A stretch of 59,667 nucleotides of DNA, taken from a bacterium. Lineage in GTDB: Bacteria; Acidobacteriota; Blastocatellia; HR10. Made by a program: the position numbers and the translations under genes. The stretch spans positions 1-59,667 of the forward strand of contig JBEPZV010000012.1 of NCBI GenBank assembly GCA_041640655.1. The letters run 5' to 3'. Below, one piece after another: positions 19,866-30,777 of this stretch. Under the pieces are notes generated by a model that was not told where the DNA came from, searched no databases, and was given only the letters and a program-made list of their open reading frames with translations. The number at the start of each line of letters is the position of its first letter. Position 1 is the first letter of the stretch.

Positions 19866-19940
19866 TGGGAGCTCGTCCAACTGGCAGGACAGCGGACTCT
19901 GGATCCGCGAATCGGGGTTCGAATCCCTGGCTCCCAGCCA
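19866..19940 (+). tRNA. tRNA-Gln (CTG)
   Basis: TGGGAGC acceptor stem; anticodon arm GCGGA-CTCTGGA-TCCGC; T-loop TTCGAAT; CCA. Confidence 0.96.
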
Positions 19941-19965
19941 TTTTCGTTATCGGCGCGTCGTGAAG

Positions 19966-21255
19966 ATGGACGGAGCTCGCTCATCCCGGCTCTTTTCGCC
20001 CTCCACGCGCGAAACGCTCGCGGCGATACGGCGTCCCGGGTTCTCCAGCGTCTTTCGGAACCGCGGGTTTCGCACCCTCTGGCTCGCGCAAGCCGTGAGC
20101 GGGATGGGGAGTTGGCTCGTGATGTTCGCTCTCCTGAATCTGGGAGGCTTCCGATTCCGGCTCTCGGCCGGAGCACTCGGTGGAATGGCCGCGCTCTTCT
20201 TCCTGACGCTCGCTCTGATCTTCCCACTGGCGGGGGCGTTCGTGGATCGGGCGAGCCCCCGACGGGTGATGATCGTGGCCGATGGTCTCCGCGCTGGCTT
20301 GATGGCCCTGCTCTGGTTCGCTTGGGAGCCGTCGCTCGTCTATCCGGTCGTTCTTCTGGCCGGATGCATAGCGTGTTTCTTCCTCTCGGCGCAGATGACC
20401 CTGCTCCCGTCGGTGGTGGAGCGGGAGGAGTTGCTCGTCGCCAATGCTGTGAGCGTTCAGACGCAACACGTGAACGGTATACTGGCTCCGCTTCTGGCTG
20501 GTGCGCTCATCGCGCGTTTGGGCGAGCGCCTGTGTTTCGCTCTGAACGGGTTGAGCTTTCTCTTCTCCGCTCTCTGCCTCTCTCGCCTCGCGCCGCGCCA
20601 TGAGGTCCACATCGCGCGCATTGAGCGCCGGTCAGATCGCCCGCGGGCATTCCCGCGCGATCTTCGGAGCGCCCTTGGTCTATTCCTGCGCGATCGCCTA
20701 CTCATCTCGGTGATGGGATTGGCCATGCTGCTGATCGTGGCGGCGAGCGCCGTCAATGTGTTCGGGGTCATCTACGTGCGCGACGTCTTGCGCGCCGGTC
20801 CGCATGCTTTCGGATCGCTCCTCTGCGCCCTCGGCGCCGGCATGGCGATCGGGATCGGGCTGGTGGGGAGATACGCCTACCTTGTCCCGCGCATCGTCCT
20901 CATTCGCGCGAGTGCGGTGGCGATCGGCCTCGGCTTGATCAGCGTGACGTGGTTCACTCGTGTGCTCGATGCCCTCATTGGCGCCTTCCTCATGGGCATG
21001 GCGGCGGCGGCCTTCCTCATCCCAGCGCAGACGCTCGTTCAAGAGCGCACGCCCGCGCAGTTTCTCGGACGCATGAGCGGCCTCCTGTGGTCGCTTGTGT
21101 TCGCCACCCAAGCCCTCTCGGTCACGCTCGTCGGCGGCTTGGCCTCGGTGCTGACGCTGCCGTCCCTCTACCGCGTGCTGGGGATGGGGCTATTGGTTTT
21201 CACGGGCCTCACGACGCTCTATGCGCAGGAACCCCGACGCCTCGCCTCGGCGTGA
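19966..21255 (+). CDS. MFS transporter (MFS_3/EntS-like)
   Basis: About 12 TM segments; FRTLWLAQAVS, AGAFVDR..RRVM..AD and QERTP..LGR motifs. Confidence 0.88.
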   Translation: MDGARSSRLFSPSTRETLAAIRRPGFSSVFRNRGFRTLWLAQAVSGMGSWLVMFALLNLGGFRFRLSAGALGGMAALFFLTLALIFPLAGAFVDRASPRRVMIVADGLRAGLMALLWFAWEPSLVYPVVLLAGCIACFFLSAQMTLLPSVVEREELLVANAVSVQTQHVNGILAPLLAGALIARLGERLCFALNGLSFLFSALCLSRLAPRHEVHIARIERRSDRPRAFPRDLRSALGLFLRDRLLISVMGLAMLLIVAASAVNVFGVIYVRDVLRAGPHAFGSLLCALGAGMAIGIGLVGRYAYLVPRIVLIRASAVAIGLGLISVTWFTRVLDALIGAFLMGMAAAAFLIPAQTLVQERTPAQFLGRMSGLLWSLVFATQALSVTLVGGLASVLTLPSLYRVLGMGLLVFTGLTTLYAQEPRRLASA

Positions 21256-21356
21256 ACACGGTCTCCCCCGCTGCTTCTGGACGTGGCGTGGAGGCGAGCC
21301 TTGTTACGGTCGCACGGGCGACGTACAATTGATCTCCCAATCCTGAGGAGACGACG

Positions 21357-22496
21357 ATGAAGGAGCTGCAGGACATTTTGCGAGCGCTCGGCGAAGGCCA
21401 TGCTATGGGAGGACCGATGGCCTTGGCCACGGTCGTTCATGTCGAGGGATCGGCCTATCGGCGCGAGGGAGCGAAGCTGCTACTCTCCCCCAAGGGTGAG
21501 ATGGTGGGCAGCATCAGCGCTGGATGCTTGGAGGGGGATGTCCTGGAGTGGACGCGCCGCGTCCTCGAAAGCGGAACGCCGATATTGCGGCACTATGATC
21601 TCACGAGTGAAGACGAGCTGGTGTGGGGATTCGGCATGGGCTGCAATGGCCGGATTGAAGTGTGGATCGAGCCGCTCGCGCTAGCGCAGCCATATCTGGA
21701 GCGCGCGCGCGAGGTCTTCGAGCGCGAGCGAGCCGTGGCTGTGGCGACGCTCATCGGCGTCTCGGAAGGTTCGACGTTGAAACCCGGGTCGAAGCTCCTG
21801 ATCCCCGCCGACGGGAGCCCCTCGGGCACGCTCGGCGACGTCGCTTTGGATGCCGCCGTCGAGCGCGATGCGCGCGCGCTTCTGGAAACCGGGCGATCGA
21901 AGACCGTAGCCTATGAGTCCACCCGCCTCGGGAGCGCGGCCTGGGTGGGAGAAGCACGCGTGTTCATTGACTGTTTCCCCCCCCCTCCGCACCTGGTCGT
22001 CTTCGGAGCGGGGGCCGATGCGGTCCCTTTGGTCCGATTTGCGAAAGAAGCGGGGTTCCGCATCACGGTCGTGGACCATCGGCCGCGGTTCGTCACGCCG
22101 GACCGTTTCCCCTGGGCGGATCGTCTGATCCTGGCCCATCCGGAGGAAGCGTCGGATCGGCTCGCGCTCACCCGAGGGATGTATGTCGTCTTGCTGACGC
22201 ACAACTTCCACGTGGATGCGAAGCTGTTGGCGTGGTTGCTCGCGAGTCCGGTGGAGTATATCGGTCTGCTCGGCCCACGGGAGCGACGCGAGCTGCTGCT
22301 GCGCAACCTGCGCGAGCAGGGGATCGAACTGTCTCCAGAAGGCATGCGGAAGCTCTATGCTCCAGTCGGCTTGGACATCGGCGCGGAGGGACCGGAGCAG
22401 ATCGCCCTCTCGATCGTGAGCGAAATCCTGGCCGTGAAGAACCGGCGTGCGGGGACCTTTCTGCGCGAGCGTCAGAAGCCCATTCACGCCGATTGA
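21357..22496 (+). CDS. xdhC: XdhC/CoxI-family molybdenum-cofactor chaperone
   Basis: GSAYRREGA, SAGCLE, GMGCNG, YIGLLGP and PVGLDIG motifs; upstream promoter TTGTTA-N17-TACAAT (21301-21329). Confidence 0.92.
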   Translation: MKELQDILRALGEGHAMGGPMALATVVHVEGSAYRREGAKLLLSPKGEMVGSISAGCLEGDVLEWTRRVLESGTPILRHYDLTSEDELVWGFGMGCNGRIEVWIEPLALAQPYLERAREVFERERAVAVATLIGVSEGSTLKPGSKLLIPADGSPSGTLGDVALDAAVERDARALLETGRSKTVAYESTRLGSAAWVGEARVFIDCFPPPPHLVVFGAGADAVPLVRFAKEAGFRITVVDHRPRFVTPDRFPWADRLILAHPEEASDRLALTRGMYVVLLTHNFHVDAKLLAWLLASPVEYIGLLGPRERRELLLRNLREQGIELSPEGMRKLYAPVGLDIGAEGPEQIALSIVSEILAVKNRRAGTFLRERQKPIHAD

Positions 22497-22507
22497 GCGC
22501 ATGAGGC

Positions 22508-23398
22508 TCATCCGGAGGAGTCCCGCGCGCCGATCCCCGGCGATGCGAGCACGCAGTCGGCGATCATCTGCCGATATGCGGCGTAGAGCTGCCGAAAGAC
22601 CGGACCTGGGACTCCACTCCCTATCAACTCCCCGTCCACGGCGATGACGGCCAGAAGTTCCGTGACCGTGCCCGCGATGAGCACCTCGCGCGCCGATCTC
22701 AACTCCGCGAGCGGAAGGTCGCGCTCCTCCGTGCGATATCCCAACTGCTGAGCCAACCGCAGGACGAAGCCTCGCGTGATGCCCGCCAGAATGCGATGAT
22801 CGGCGATGGGCGTCACCAGCGCTTCGCCCGTCCAGGCGAAGACGTTGCTGCTGGTCCCCTCCATCACCAACCCATCGCGCACGAAGAGGGCCTCGAAGGC
22901 TCCCGCGCGATGCGCGCGCTCTTTGGCCAGGACGTTCGGGAGCAGGCAGATGGATTTGATGTCGCAGCGCGCCCATCGCTCATCCGGCACGGTGAGCGCG
23001 CGAACCCCGTGCTCGCGCAGCTCCGGCGGGATGAGGCGGACCGACCGCACCGTCATCACGAGCGTCGGGCGCGCGTCCTCGGGGAAGAGGTGATTGCGGC
23101 GGGCCGCGCCGCGCGTGACCTGAATATACAGCTCGGCCTCGGCGATCCCCGCGCGCGCGACGAGCTCTTCGGCCACTACTGCCAGCTCTCCGAGTGAGAG
23201 CGGGAGCGACAGCTCGATCTCCCGCGCGCTGCGCTGCAGGCGCTCCAGATGCTCCGCGAGCGCGAAAGGCCTCCCGCCATAAACGCGCACGACCTCGTAA
23301 ACCCCATCGCCGAACTGAAACCCGCGATCTTCGACGGAGACTTTCGCCGAGGCGAAATCGAGAATCTCTCCGTTGAGCCAGACCAATCCGTCCGACAT
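22508..23398 (-). CDS. dat: D-amino-acid aminotransferase (PLP fold IV)
   Basis: DRGFQFGDGVYEV, RW.RCDIKS..LL, EGTSSN and ILAGITR motifs. Confidence 0.85.
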   Translation of the reverse strand: MSDGLVWLNGEILDFASAKVSVEDRGFQFGDGVYEVVRVYGGRPFALAEHLERLQRSAREIELSLPLSLGELAVVAEELVARAGIAEAELYIQVTRGAARRNHLFPEDARPTLVMTVRSVRLIPPELREHGVRALTVPDERWARCDIKSICLLPNVLAKERAHRAGAFEALFVRDGLVMEGTSSNVFAWTGEALVTPIADHRILAGITRGFVLRLAQQLGYRTEERDLPLAELRSAREVLIAGTVTELLAVIAVDGELIGSGVPGPVFRQLYAAYRQMIADCVLASPGIGARDSSG

Positions 23399-23441
23399 AT
23401 GTCCGTCCTCCCTCCTCGCTCTCAGCTCCTTCGGCTTCGCT

Positions 23442-24434
23442 TCAGAAGGCCGCCACGAATCGCATCGGGATGTCCATCACCGTTCGCAACCCGGGCGGCG
23501 CCTGCATCACCAGGGGGATGGCGTTCACGACGACGGCGGCCGTCGCCAAATCGCCGGGCGTGCCCCCGGGAATCTGCAGGCCGATCTCCGGCGTCCCGAA
23601 GAGTCGGATCTCGTCCACGGGGTTCTTCGCCCCCACATACATGTGCAGATCGAGATGGATGCGCTCCTCGCCGCGCGCAATTCCCCGAGCGATCTGGCGC
23701 ACGCCAGCCACGTGTCCCTTCCGCACCCGGAGGTACTCGGTCGTCACGTCCTCCTCGGCGAGGATCGGCTCGATGGTTTCCGAGATCGCCTCCACCTCCA
23801 TCCCCAATCCCTCGGCGATCAGCGCGACCGATTCCGGCAAGCCGACGTGCCGGATGCGCCCAGCATCCACCGCCTCGCGGAACTCTTCGACGGTCATTCC
23901 AGCCCCGATCTTCCGCTGCAGCGGGAGACGGCGTTGCGAAGCGTCCACGATGCGACGCACAAAGACGCGCTCAATGCGCTGGCAGACAGCCGCTAGCGTC
24001 AGCACCAACTTATCCATCACGAACCCCGGATTCACTCCCGCCCCGAGCACGGCGACGCCAGCCGCCTTCGCCGCTTCGTCCAAACGACGGGAGAGCTCGG
24101 GATATTTGCGGAAAGGATACGCCAACTCCTCGCACGTCGAGACGACATGCGAGCCCGCGCGCACGCAGGCGAGCACCTGATCGAAGACCTGTTCGAAGGA
24201 TGAGGACGTGGAATGCACGACGACATCAGCTCTTTGGGCGAGCACCTCGTCCGCGCGATCGGAGATCGTGATCCCCAGGGGGCGACCGCCGACGACTTCG
24301 CCGAGATCCCGCCCGACCTTCTCCGCCGCAATATCAATGGCGCCGATGATCACAGCGCCCGCTCGCTCCAGGAGCGCGCGCACGATGGCGCTACCGATCG
24401 GTCCCACGCCGTATTGAATGATCCGCACAGGCAT
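23442..24434 (-). CDS. 2,4-diaminopentanoate dehydrogenase-like / NAD(P)H-dependent amine dehydrogenase family
   Basis: YGVGPIG Rossmann fold, STCEEL, GVNPGF.MD, HVGLPES and GDLATAA motifs. Confidence 0.8.
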   Translation of the reverse strand: MPVRIIQYGVGPIGSAIVRALLERAGAVIIGAIDIAAEKVGRDLGEVVGGRPLGITISDRADEVLAQRADVVVHSTSSSFEQVFDQVLACVRAGSHVVSTCEELAYPFRKYPELSRRLDEAAKAAGVAVLGAGVNPGFVMDKLVLTLAAVCQRIERVFVRRIVDASQRRLPLQRKIGAGMTVEEFREAVDAGRIRHVGLPESVALIAEGLGMEVEAISETIEPILAEEDVTTEYLRVRKGHVAGVRQIARGIARGEERIHLDLHMYVGAKNPVDEIRLFGTPEIGLQIPGGTPGDLATAAVVVNAIPLVMQAPPGLRTVMDIPMRFVAAF

Positions 24435-24498
24435 AAGCTCCTCCTCTGAAAGGCTTCCACTTCAACTCCTCTCGATCATGACGACAGTCGGGAGATGC

Positions 24499-25485
24499 TC
24501 ACGGGAGGGCCATCGCGGCGACGGCATCGCGGGCGAGCATGGCGGCGCCGATGATGCCGGCGTCCTGCCCGAGCGCGCTGCTGGTGAAGCGACACCGCTC
24601 GAAGATCACGCGCAGCGTGTGCTTGCGCGCTTCCTTCCGAACGGCGTCGAGCAAGATCTCGCCAGCCAGCATGACCGGTCCGCCCAAGCAGACCATCTCG
24701 ACATCGAGCAGGTTCAGGACGTTCGCGATCGCCATCCCGAAATATCGTCCCGTCTCCCGAAGCACGGTGCGCGCCAACTCATCACCGTCGAGCGCCGCTT
24801 GGACGATCAGCGGGACAGTCAAGGTCCCTTCCATTTGCGCGGCCAGGGGTGAGAGGGAGAACGCGGGATCGGAGAAGAGTCGCTCGCGCACGCGCCGCAC
24901 GATATTGGGGCCGGACGCGATCGTCTCCAAGCAGCCGCGCCCTCCGCAGCCGCACTCGATCCCCCCCGGCTCGACTTTCACATGTCCGAACTCCCCGGCG
25001 AACCCATGCGCCCCCCGCTGCAGGCGCCCGTCGAGGATGAGCGCCGCTCCGATGCCGGTTCCGATCGTCACGTAGAAGACGTCCCGAAGTCCCCGCGCGA
25101 CGCCACAAGTCCATTCACCGTAAGCCGCGGCATTGGCCTCGTTCTCGAAAACGAGCGGCACCCCGAGCGCCGCCCGAACCTCCCCATAGACATCGCATCC
25201 CGTCACCTCCACCAGGTGCGATGCCAGCTCGATGCGCTGCGTCTGCCGGCCGACCAATCCCGGCCATCCGATCCCGATGGCCGCGATCCTCCCCCGCGCG
25301 ATCTCGGAATCGCGCAGCGCGCGGAGCACGGCGATCACTTGCGCGAGGAACGCGCGCGGATCGTTCCGCTCGGCCACGATGCGGCTCTGCAGCCACACGC
25401 GCCCGGTCTCATCCACGAGGGCGGCGCGAATCGTCCGCCCGATATCCACCCCGATGAAGAACGGCGATTCCGACACGCTGCTCAC
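24499..25485 (-). CDS. ROK family sugar kinase (glucokinase-like)
   Basis: IGVDIG, ENEANAAA, GTGIG, AGEFGH and CGCG..GCLE motifs; GTG start assumed. Confidence 0.9.
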   Translation of the reverse strand: MSSVSESPFFIGVDIGRTIRAALVDETGRVWLQSRIVAERNDPRAFLAQVIAVLRALRDSEIARGRIAAIGIGWPGLVGRQTQRIELASHLVEVTGCDVYGEVRAALGVPLVFENEANAAAYGEWTCGVARGLRDVFYVTIGTGIGAALILDGRLQRGAHGFAGEFGHVKVEPGGIECGCGGRGCLETIASGPNIVRRVRERLFSDPAFSLSPLAAQMEGTLTVPLIVQAALDGDELARTVLRETGRYFGMAIANVLNLLDVEMVCLGGPVMLAGEILLDAVRKEARKHTLRVIFERCRFTSSALGQDAGIIGAAMLARDAVAAMALP

Positions 25486-25513
25486 CGTCCACGACGATCG
25501 CCCGGGATCACCG

Positions 25514-27571
25514 TCACGGCACCGATGACGATTCCGTGCGATCCCCATCCTCCGGCGCGGGAGGACACGGAGCGGGGGCTTCAGGTGGATGCCGCCGTCG
25601 GATGCGCGCCAGCGCCCATCGCGCTTGAGCCCGCACGCCTTCGTCCTCGTCCCGCAAGCACTCCTGAAGCGCGGCATGCGCCCGCGCATCCGCGATCTGT
25701 CCCAAGGCGGAGACCACCGCGAAGCGCACATTCCGATCCTCGATCGCGAGCATCTCCAAAAGTCGCGGCACGGCCTCTCGATCACGCAGCCGACCGAGCG
25801 CTAGTGCGATCTCGGCGACGACGAACCGATCCTCGCTCGCCAACAGCTCGCGCAACACCGGAGCGATCGTCCCGTCGCCGATCAAGCCGAGCGTCTTCGC
25901 TGCGAAGCGCGCCGTCACGACATCGCCGGCATCGAGCGCTTCCGTCAACCGCTCGATCGTCGGACCGACGGCTGCACTCCCCTTGCGCACGAGCGCCTCT
26001 GAGGCCGCGGCTTTGACCCCGAGACTGGGATCCGCCAGCGCCTCCACGAGCGCGGGGATCGCGCGCGGATCGCGCGAGAACGCGAGCATGCGCACGGCGT
26101 CCATGCGAACGGCCTCGTCTTCGTCACGCACCAACTCCAGCGGATTGACCGGCACCGCTCCGGCCGCCAAGCCCTCGATCACCTTCTGCGAGATGCGATC
26201 CTGAAGCGCGAGGACATCCTCCAGGCGAGAATCAATCTTCTCGCTCCAGAGGATGTCGCCGCTGCGCGCGTCCAGCAGTTGCGCCGTCACCCGCAAGCGT
26301 TCGCCCGATCGGAAGAAGGCCCCCGTCAGCACGGCATCCACCTGGAGCTGTCTCCCAATGCGGCGCGGATCGCCGAGACGATCTCCCTCCCCCCCCAACA
26401 AGCTCGCCGGACGCACCGTCACCGTTTTGAATTTCGCCAGCTCGGTCGTCAGATGCTCCGCCAGAGAGCGTCCGTAGACCTCATCCTCAGGATGGCCACT
26501 CAAGTTGCGGAAGGGGAGGATGGCGAGCGCGCGCCGAGGCCCCTCAATGAGCGAGAAGTCCATGCTCGCCGAAGCGCGCGCTTCGCCGGAGAGGGTCCGC
26601 TCCCGACGACCCAGGCCGACGAAGGCTCGCATCTTCCGCCACACGGCCCGAAGACGCGCGGGCCGACTCGCCGGGATGAACGGCGTCATCACGCCGTCAG
26701 GCACGCGCGCGATGAGTCCGACATCGGCGGCCACCTGTTTCAACTCCGCGAGCAGATCGGTCATGGTCTGGTACCGATCGCTCGGATCCTTCTCGATCGC
26801 GCGCTCAATGAGGGCTGCCAGACGAGGGGGGATGCGCGGATTCAGATCGCGAACGGGTCGCGCGCGGTCGTGAATGACGGCGTGCATCGTCTCGACGCGG
26901 CTCTCGCCCTTGAAGGGCACGCGCCCGGTCGCCATCTCATAGAGCACCACGCCGAAGGAGAAGATGTCGCTCCGATGATCCACGCGCTCGCCCCGCGCCT
27001 GCTCGGGCGACATGTAGGAGGGTGTCCCTAACGTCGCGCCGGCCTGCGTCAGGTCCCCCGCTTCCGCCGCGCGCGATCTCTCGACAAGCTTCGCCAACCC
27101 GAAATCGAGCACCTTGACCTGCCCGCGCTCTGTCACCATGATGTTGGCCGATTTGATGTCCCGATGGATGATGCCCCGCGCATGAGCCGTCGCCACCGCA
27201 TCCGCCGCCTGCAGGGCGATGGAGAGCAACCCCTCCAGCCGAAGGGGACGCCCGTTAATGATCCGCTTCAACGTCTTCCCCTCGACGTACTGCATCACGA
27301 TGAACGAATACCCATCGGCCTCCTCGATCCCGTAGATCGTGCAGATATTCGGGTGATCCAAGGCCGAGGCCAAGCGCGCTTCGCGCCAGAAGCGGCGCCG
27401 AGCGTCCGCATCCGCCATGAGGTCGGGCGAGAGGACTTTCACCACGACGGTCCGATCCAACGCCAGGTCGCGCGCCTTGTAGACCGTCCCCATGCCGCCA
27501 TGTCCGAGCTCCTCCAGGAGCTTATAATGCCCCATTGTCCTTCCGATCATCCCCCTCACAGCGCTCCGCAT
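25514..27571 (-). CDS. Hanks-type Ser/Thr kinase with TolB-N-like domain and HEAT repeats
   Basis: [18 protein letters not shown] and YMSPEQ; then [10 protein letters not shown]; then HEAT-like repeats. Confidence 0.9.
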   Translation of the reverse strand: MRSAVRGMIGRTMGHYKLLEELGHGGMGTVYKARDLALDRTVVVKVLSPDLMADADARRRFWREARLASALDHPNICTIYGIEEADGYSFIVMQYVEGKTLKRIINGRPLRLEGLLSIALQAADAVATAHARGIIHRDIKSANIMVTERGQVKVLDFGLAKLVERSRAAEAGDLTQAGATLGTPSYMSPEQARGERVDHRSDIFSFGVVLYEMATGRVPFKGESRVETMHAVIHDRARPVRDLNPRIPPRLAALIERAIEKDPSDRYQTMTDLLAELKQVAADVGLIARVPDGVMTPFIPASRPARLRAVWRKMRAFVGLGRRERTLSGEARASASMDFSLIEGPRRALAILPFRNLSGHPEDEVYGRSLAEHLTTELAKFKTVTVRPASLLGGEGDRLGDPRRIGRQLQVDAVLTGAFFRSGERLRVTAQLLDARSGDILWSEKIDSRLEDVLALQDRISQKVIEGLAAGAVPVNPLELVRDEDEAVRMDAVRMLAFSRDPRAIPALVEALADPSLGVKAAASEALVRKGSAAVGPTIERLTEALDAGDVVTARFAAKTLGLIGDGTIAPVLRELLASEDRFVVAEIALALGRLRDREAVPRLLEMLAIEDRNVRFAVVSALGQIADARAHAALQECLRDEDEGVRAQARWALARIRRRHPPEAPAPCPPAPEDGDRTESSSVP

Positions 27572-27692
27572 CCTCCCGCCTAATTGTAGGGGGGGCGCCC
27601 GAGGATGAGCAACTTCTGAGCAAGGGATTCCTTGCCCCCCGCGCGCGCCGATCTTAAGATTCTCACGGATCGCTCGCACGAGGAGGGAGATC

Positions 27693-28595
27693 ATGCGCGA
27701 CATCGGCTTCATCGGTCTGGGCATCATGGGGCGTCCGATGGCCGAACGGCTCTTGGACGCCGGATATGCGCTGACGGTCTTCAATCGCACGCCGCAGAAA
27801 GCGGAACCGCTGCGCGCCCGAGGAGCCCGGTGGGCGGACTCCCCCAAAGAGGTCGCGCATCGGAGCGAACTCCTCATCACGATGATCGCCGATTCCGAAG
27901 CCCTGGAGGAGATCGCGCGCGGCCCAGATGGCATCCTGCGGGGGATTCGCCCAGCCGCGATTCACGTGGATATGAGCACGGTCTCGCCGGAGACGACCGA
28001 ACGCTTGGAGCGCGCCTATCGCGAGCGCGAGGCAGCCTTCCTCCATGCGCCGGTGTTGGGGAATTGGCGACATGCGGCCGAAGGAAAGCTCCTGATCTTC
28101 GTCGGCGGAGATCCCCAGGCCTACCAGCGGTGCGAGCCCGTCTTGCGCGTGCTCGGACATCGGATCTGGTACTTCGAACGGATCGCGCAGGCGACGCACA
28201 TGAAGCTCATCGCCAATTCGTTCATCGCCGGCATGATCCTCACGCTCGCTCAAGCGTTCGTCTTCGGCCGCCGCGTCGGCCTCTCGCCCGACTGCATCCT
28301 CGAAATCTTGGAGGCTTCGGCCTTAAACGCCCCGATGTATCAATCGAAGGGGCGAACGATGCGGGAGCGGGACTTTCGCCCGAATTTCTACGCGCGGCAC
28401 ATGCTGAAGGACGTGGACCTGGCGCTCGAAGCCGCTCGGCGCGCGAATGTCCCGCTGCCCGTCCTGAGCGTCATCCGCGAGCTCTTCATCACCACGGTGG
28501 CCCGAGGCTTCGGCGAGGAGGATTACTCGGCCGTCCTCAAGGTTCTCGAAGAGATGGCCGGCGTGACGCCGCAAGAGCAAACGCTCCAGGGATGA
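27693..28595 (+). CDS. Beta-hydroxyacid dehydrogenase (GarR/MmsB family)
   Basis: GFIGLGIMG, DMSTVSP, APVLG and catalytic Lys in MKLIAN. Confidence 0.9.
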   Translation: MRDIGFIGLGIMGRPMAERLLDAGYALTVFNRTPQKAEPLRARGARWADSPKEVAHRSELLITMIADSEALEEIARGPDGILRGIRPAAIHVDMSTVSPETTERLERAYREREAAFLHAPVLGNWRHAAEGKLLIFVGGDPQAYQRCEPVLRVLGHRIWYFERIAQATHMKLIANSFIAGMILTLAQAFVFGRRVGLSPDCILEILEASALNAPMYQSKGRTMRERDFRPNFYARHMLKDVDLALEAARRANVPLPVLSVIRELFITTVARGFGEEDYSAVLKVLEEMAGVTPQEQTLQG

Positions 28596-29536
28596 GCTCG
28601 CCTATGGCGCGCACATGTGCCGTGTGCGGAGATGACCACTTCACGCCGTTCCTGGAGAAGAACGGGTACACGATCGTGCGCTGCTCCGTTTGCTCCTTCC
28701 TCTTCGTTCATCCGCCACCGACGCCGGATGTCCTTCGGGCGCTCTACACCGATCCCTCGTATTTTCGCGGGGCCGGACCTTTCGGCTACGCGGACTACGC
28801 GGCCTTGCGCCCTGTGTGGGAAGCACAAGCGCGCGAGCGGCTGGCGATGATCGAACGCTACGCGGAGCCAGGTGCGCTCCTTGATGTCGGATGCGCGACC
28901 GGCATCTTCCTCCGGATCGCGCAAGAGCGTGGGTGGGTCGTCTCGGGCATCGAGATCGCACCGGAGGCGGCGCGCGAAGCCGAACGCCTCACGGGGCGAC
29001 CGATCCTCGCCTCGCTCGCTCCCCTTCTCCGCGAAGGACGCACGTTCGACGTCATCACCTTGTGGGAATATCTCGAACACATCCCCGATCCGCGCGCCGA
29101 GCTGCGACGGCTGAACCGGCTCCTGCGTCCGGGTGGACTCCTGGCGCTCTCGACGCCGAACGCCGGACATCGCGTCGTCTCTCGCGCTCCAGCCCGCTGG
29201 ACGGAATTCAAACCGCCGGAACACGTGAGCTTCTTCACCGCGCGGACGCTCACGCGCTTGCTCGCCGCGTGCGGGTTCCACGTGCTGCGCGTGCGCCCGA
29301 TCGCCCCCGACTATCGCGCGCCGGACCATATCGAGCGCGGACTCGCGCATCTGCGCGAGCGCTTGGGGGATCGCCACGATCGGCGAACGCCGCTGTGGTT
29401 CCTCTTCTCGATCGCCCGACGCCTCGTGCGCTGGACGCTCATCGCCCACCACAAGCTCTTCCTCTCGCCGCTGGACTACGCCGAGGGCCTTGAGGTCTAC
29501 GCGCGCAAGGCGCGCGAGCTGACCGAAGAATATTGA
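28592..29536 (+). CDS. Class I SAM-dependent methyltransferase with N-terminal Zn ribbon
   Basis: CxxC...CxxC, LLDVGCATG, LEHIPDP and PPEH motifs. Confidence 0.88.
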   Translation: MSSPMARTCAVCGDDHFTPFLEKNGYTIVRCSVCSFLFVHPPPTPDVLRALYTDPSYFRGAGPFGYADYAALRPVWEAQARERLAMIERYAEPGALLDVGCATGIFLRIAQERGWVVSGIEIAPEAAREAERLTGRPILASLAPLLREGRTFDVITLWEYLEHIPDPRAELRRLNRLLRPGGLLALSTPNAGHRVVSRAPARWTEFKPPEHVSFFTARTLTRLLAACGFHVLRVRPIAPDYRAPDHIERGLAHLRERLGDRHDRRTPLWFLFSIARRLVRWTLIAHHKLFLSPLDYAEGLEVYARKARELTEEY

Positions 29537-30711
29537 CGTCTCGCGAGGCAACGGCCTCGCGCACCATGGGGGGACAAGAGCGAACGCCGAAGCTCATGTA
29601 CATCCTGGAGAGCCGCAGCTGGGGCGGCGCGGAAGCCTACGTGCGCCATCTCATCGAGGGCTTGGAGCGCGAGGCGTGGGCCGTGAGCCTGGTCTGCCCG
29701 CAAACGGAGGCGTTGGCTCCGCTCCTGGAGTGGGCGCGCCGCGTCGGAGTGCGCCTGCACCGGTTGCCCGGCGAGCGCCCGCAGCACGTGCCCGCCCTCG
29801 TCCGGTTCTTCCGACACCATCGGCCGGATCTCGTCCACTTCAATCTACATCACCCGTTCGCCTGTCGGTACGTCATCCTGGCGGCCGCGCTGGCGGGCGT
29901 TCCCGCGCGAATCGCGACCAATCATCTGCCCACGCTTGCTCCGAGCGCCTACACGTGGAAAGGACGTCTCGCCCTCCGACTCGCCTATCGGTGTGTGCAC
30001 CGCATGCTCGTGGATTCGGAGGCGAATCGGTGGCGAGCGCTCGCTCAGTATCCCATCGCACCGGAGAAGCTCTCAGTCGTCCCGCACGGTGTTCGCCTCG
30101 AGGACTTCCCCCTTGAGGGGACGCGCGCCTCGGTCGCGGAGGAATTCGGATTGAACATCCGCGCGCCTATTGTGGGGACGGTGGGCCGGCTCTCACCGCA
30201 GAAAGCGACGGAGGATTTCATCGAGGCGGCAGTGAGTGTGCGTCGGCGCTTTCCCGAGGCGCAGTTTCTCATCGTCGGCGATGGAGAGCGTCGCGCCGCG
30301 CTGGAACGCCTGGTCGAAGCGCGGGGGCTGTGCGCGAGCGTGCGCTTCACCGGATACCGAGAGGACGTGCCGCGCCTTCTGGCGGCCATGGACGTCTTCG
30401 TCCTCTCGTCCCTTTACGAAGGGATGCCGTTCTCGGTCCTGGAGGCGATGGCGGCCGCACGCCCGGTCGTGGCCACGCGCGTGGACGGCGTACCGGAAGT
30501 GGTCGTGGAGGGAGAGACCGGCTTCTTGGTCCCCCCGCGCGCGCCTGAGCAACTGGCCGAGGCTATCGCCGTCCTCCTCGCTCACCCCGAGCGCGCCCGT
30601 GAGATGGGGCGACGGGGCCGCGAGCGCGTGCGCCGGCACTTCTCTCGCGAGCGCATGGTCGAGGCGATCACGAACCTCTATCGCGCGATGGTCGCGCAAA
30701 GGATCGGGTGA
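29533..30711 (+). CDS. GT4 glycosyltransferase
   Basis: GGAE, GRLSPQK and [12 protein letters not shown] motifs. Confidence 0.92.
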   Translation: MTSREATASRTMGGQERTPKLMYILESRSWGGAEAYVRHLIEGLEREAWAVSLVCPQTEALAPLLEWARRVGVRLHRLPGERPQHVPALVRFFRHHRPDLVHFNLHHPFACRYVILAAALAGVPARIATNHLPTLAPSAYTWKGRLALRLAYRCVHRMLVDSEANRWRALAQYPIAPEKLSVVPHGVRLEDFPLEGTRASVAEEFGLNIRAPIVGTVGRLSPQKATEDFIEAAVSVRRRFPEAQFLIVGDGERRAALERLVEARGLCASVRFTGYREDVPRLLAAMDVFVLSSLYEGMPFSVLEAMAAARPVVATRVDGVPEVVVEGETGFLVPPRAPEQLAEAIAVLLAHPERAREMGRRGRERVRRHFSRERMVEAITNLYRAMVAQRIG

Positions 30712-30740
30712 CCACCCCGCAGCGCCCGCTCCCGACCTGT

Positions 30741-30770
30741 TTGCGCGCCTTCTGAGCGACCGAATATAAT
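30741..30770 (+). promoter_or_regulatory. Promoter of the priming sugar transferase (possibly leaderless)
   Basis: TTGCGC-N18-TATAAT ending 7 nt before GTG at 30778. Confidence 0.55.
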
Positions 30771-30777
30771 CACGCTC

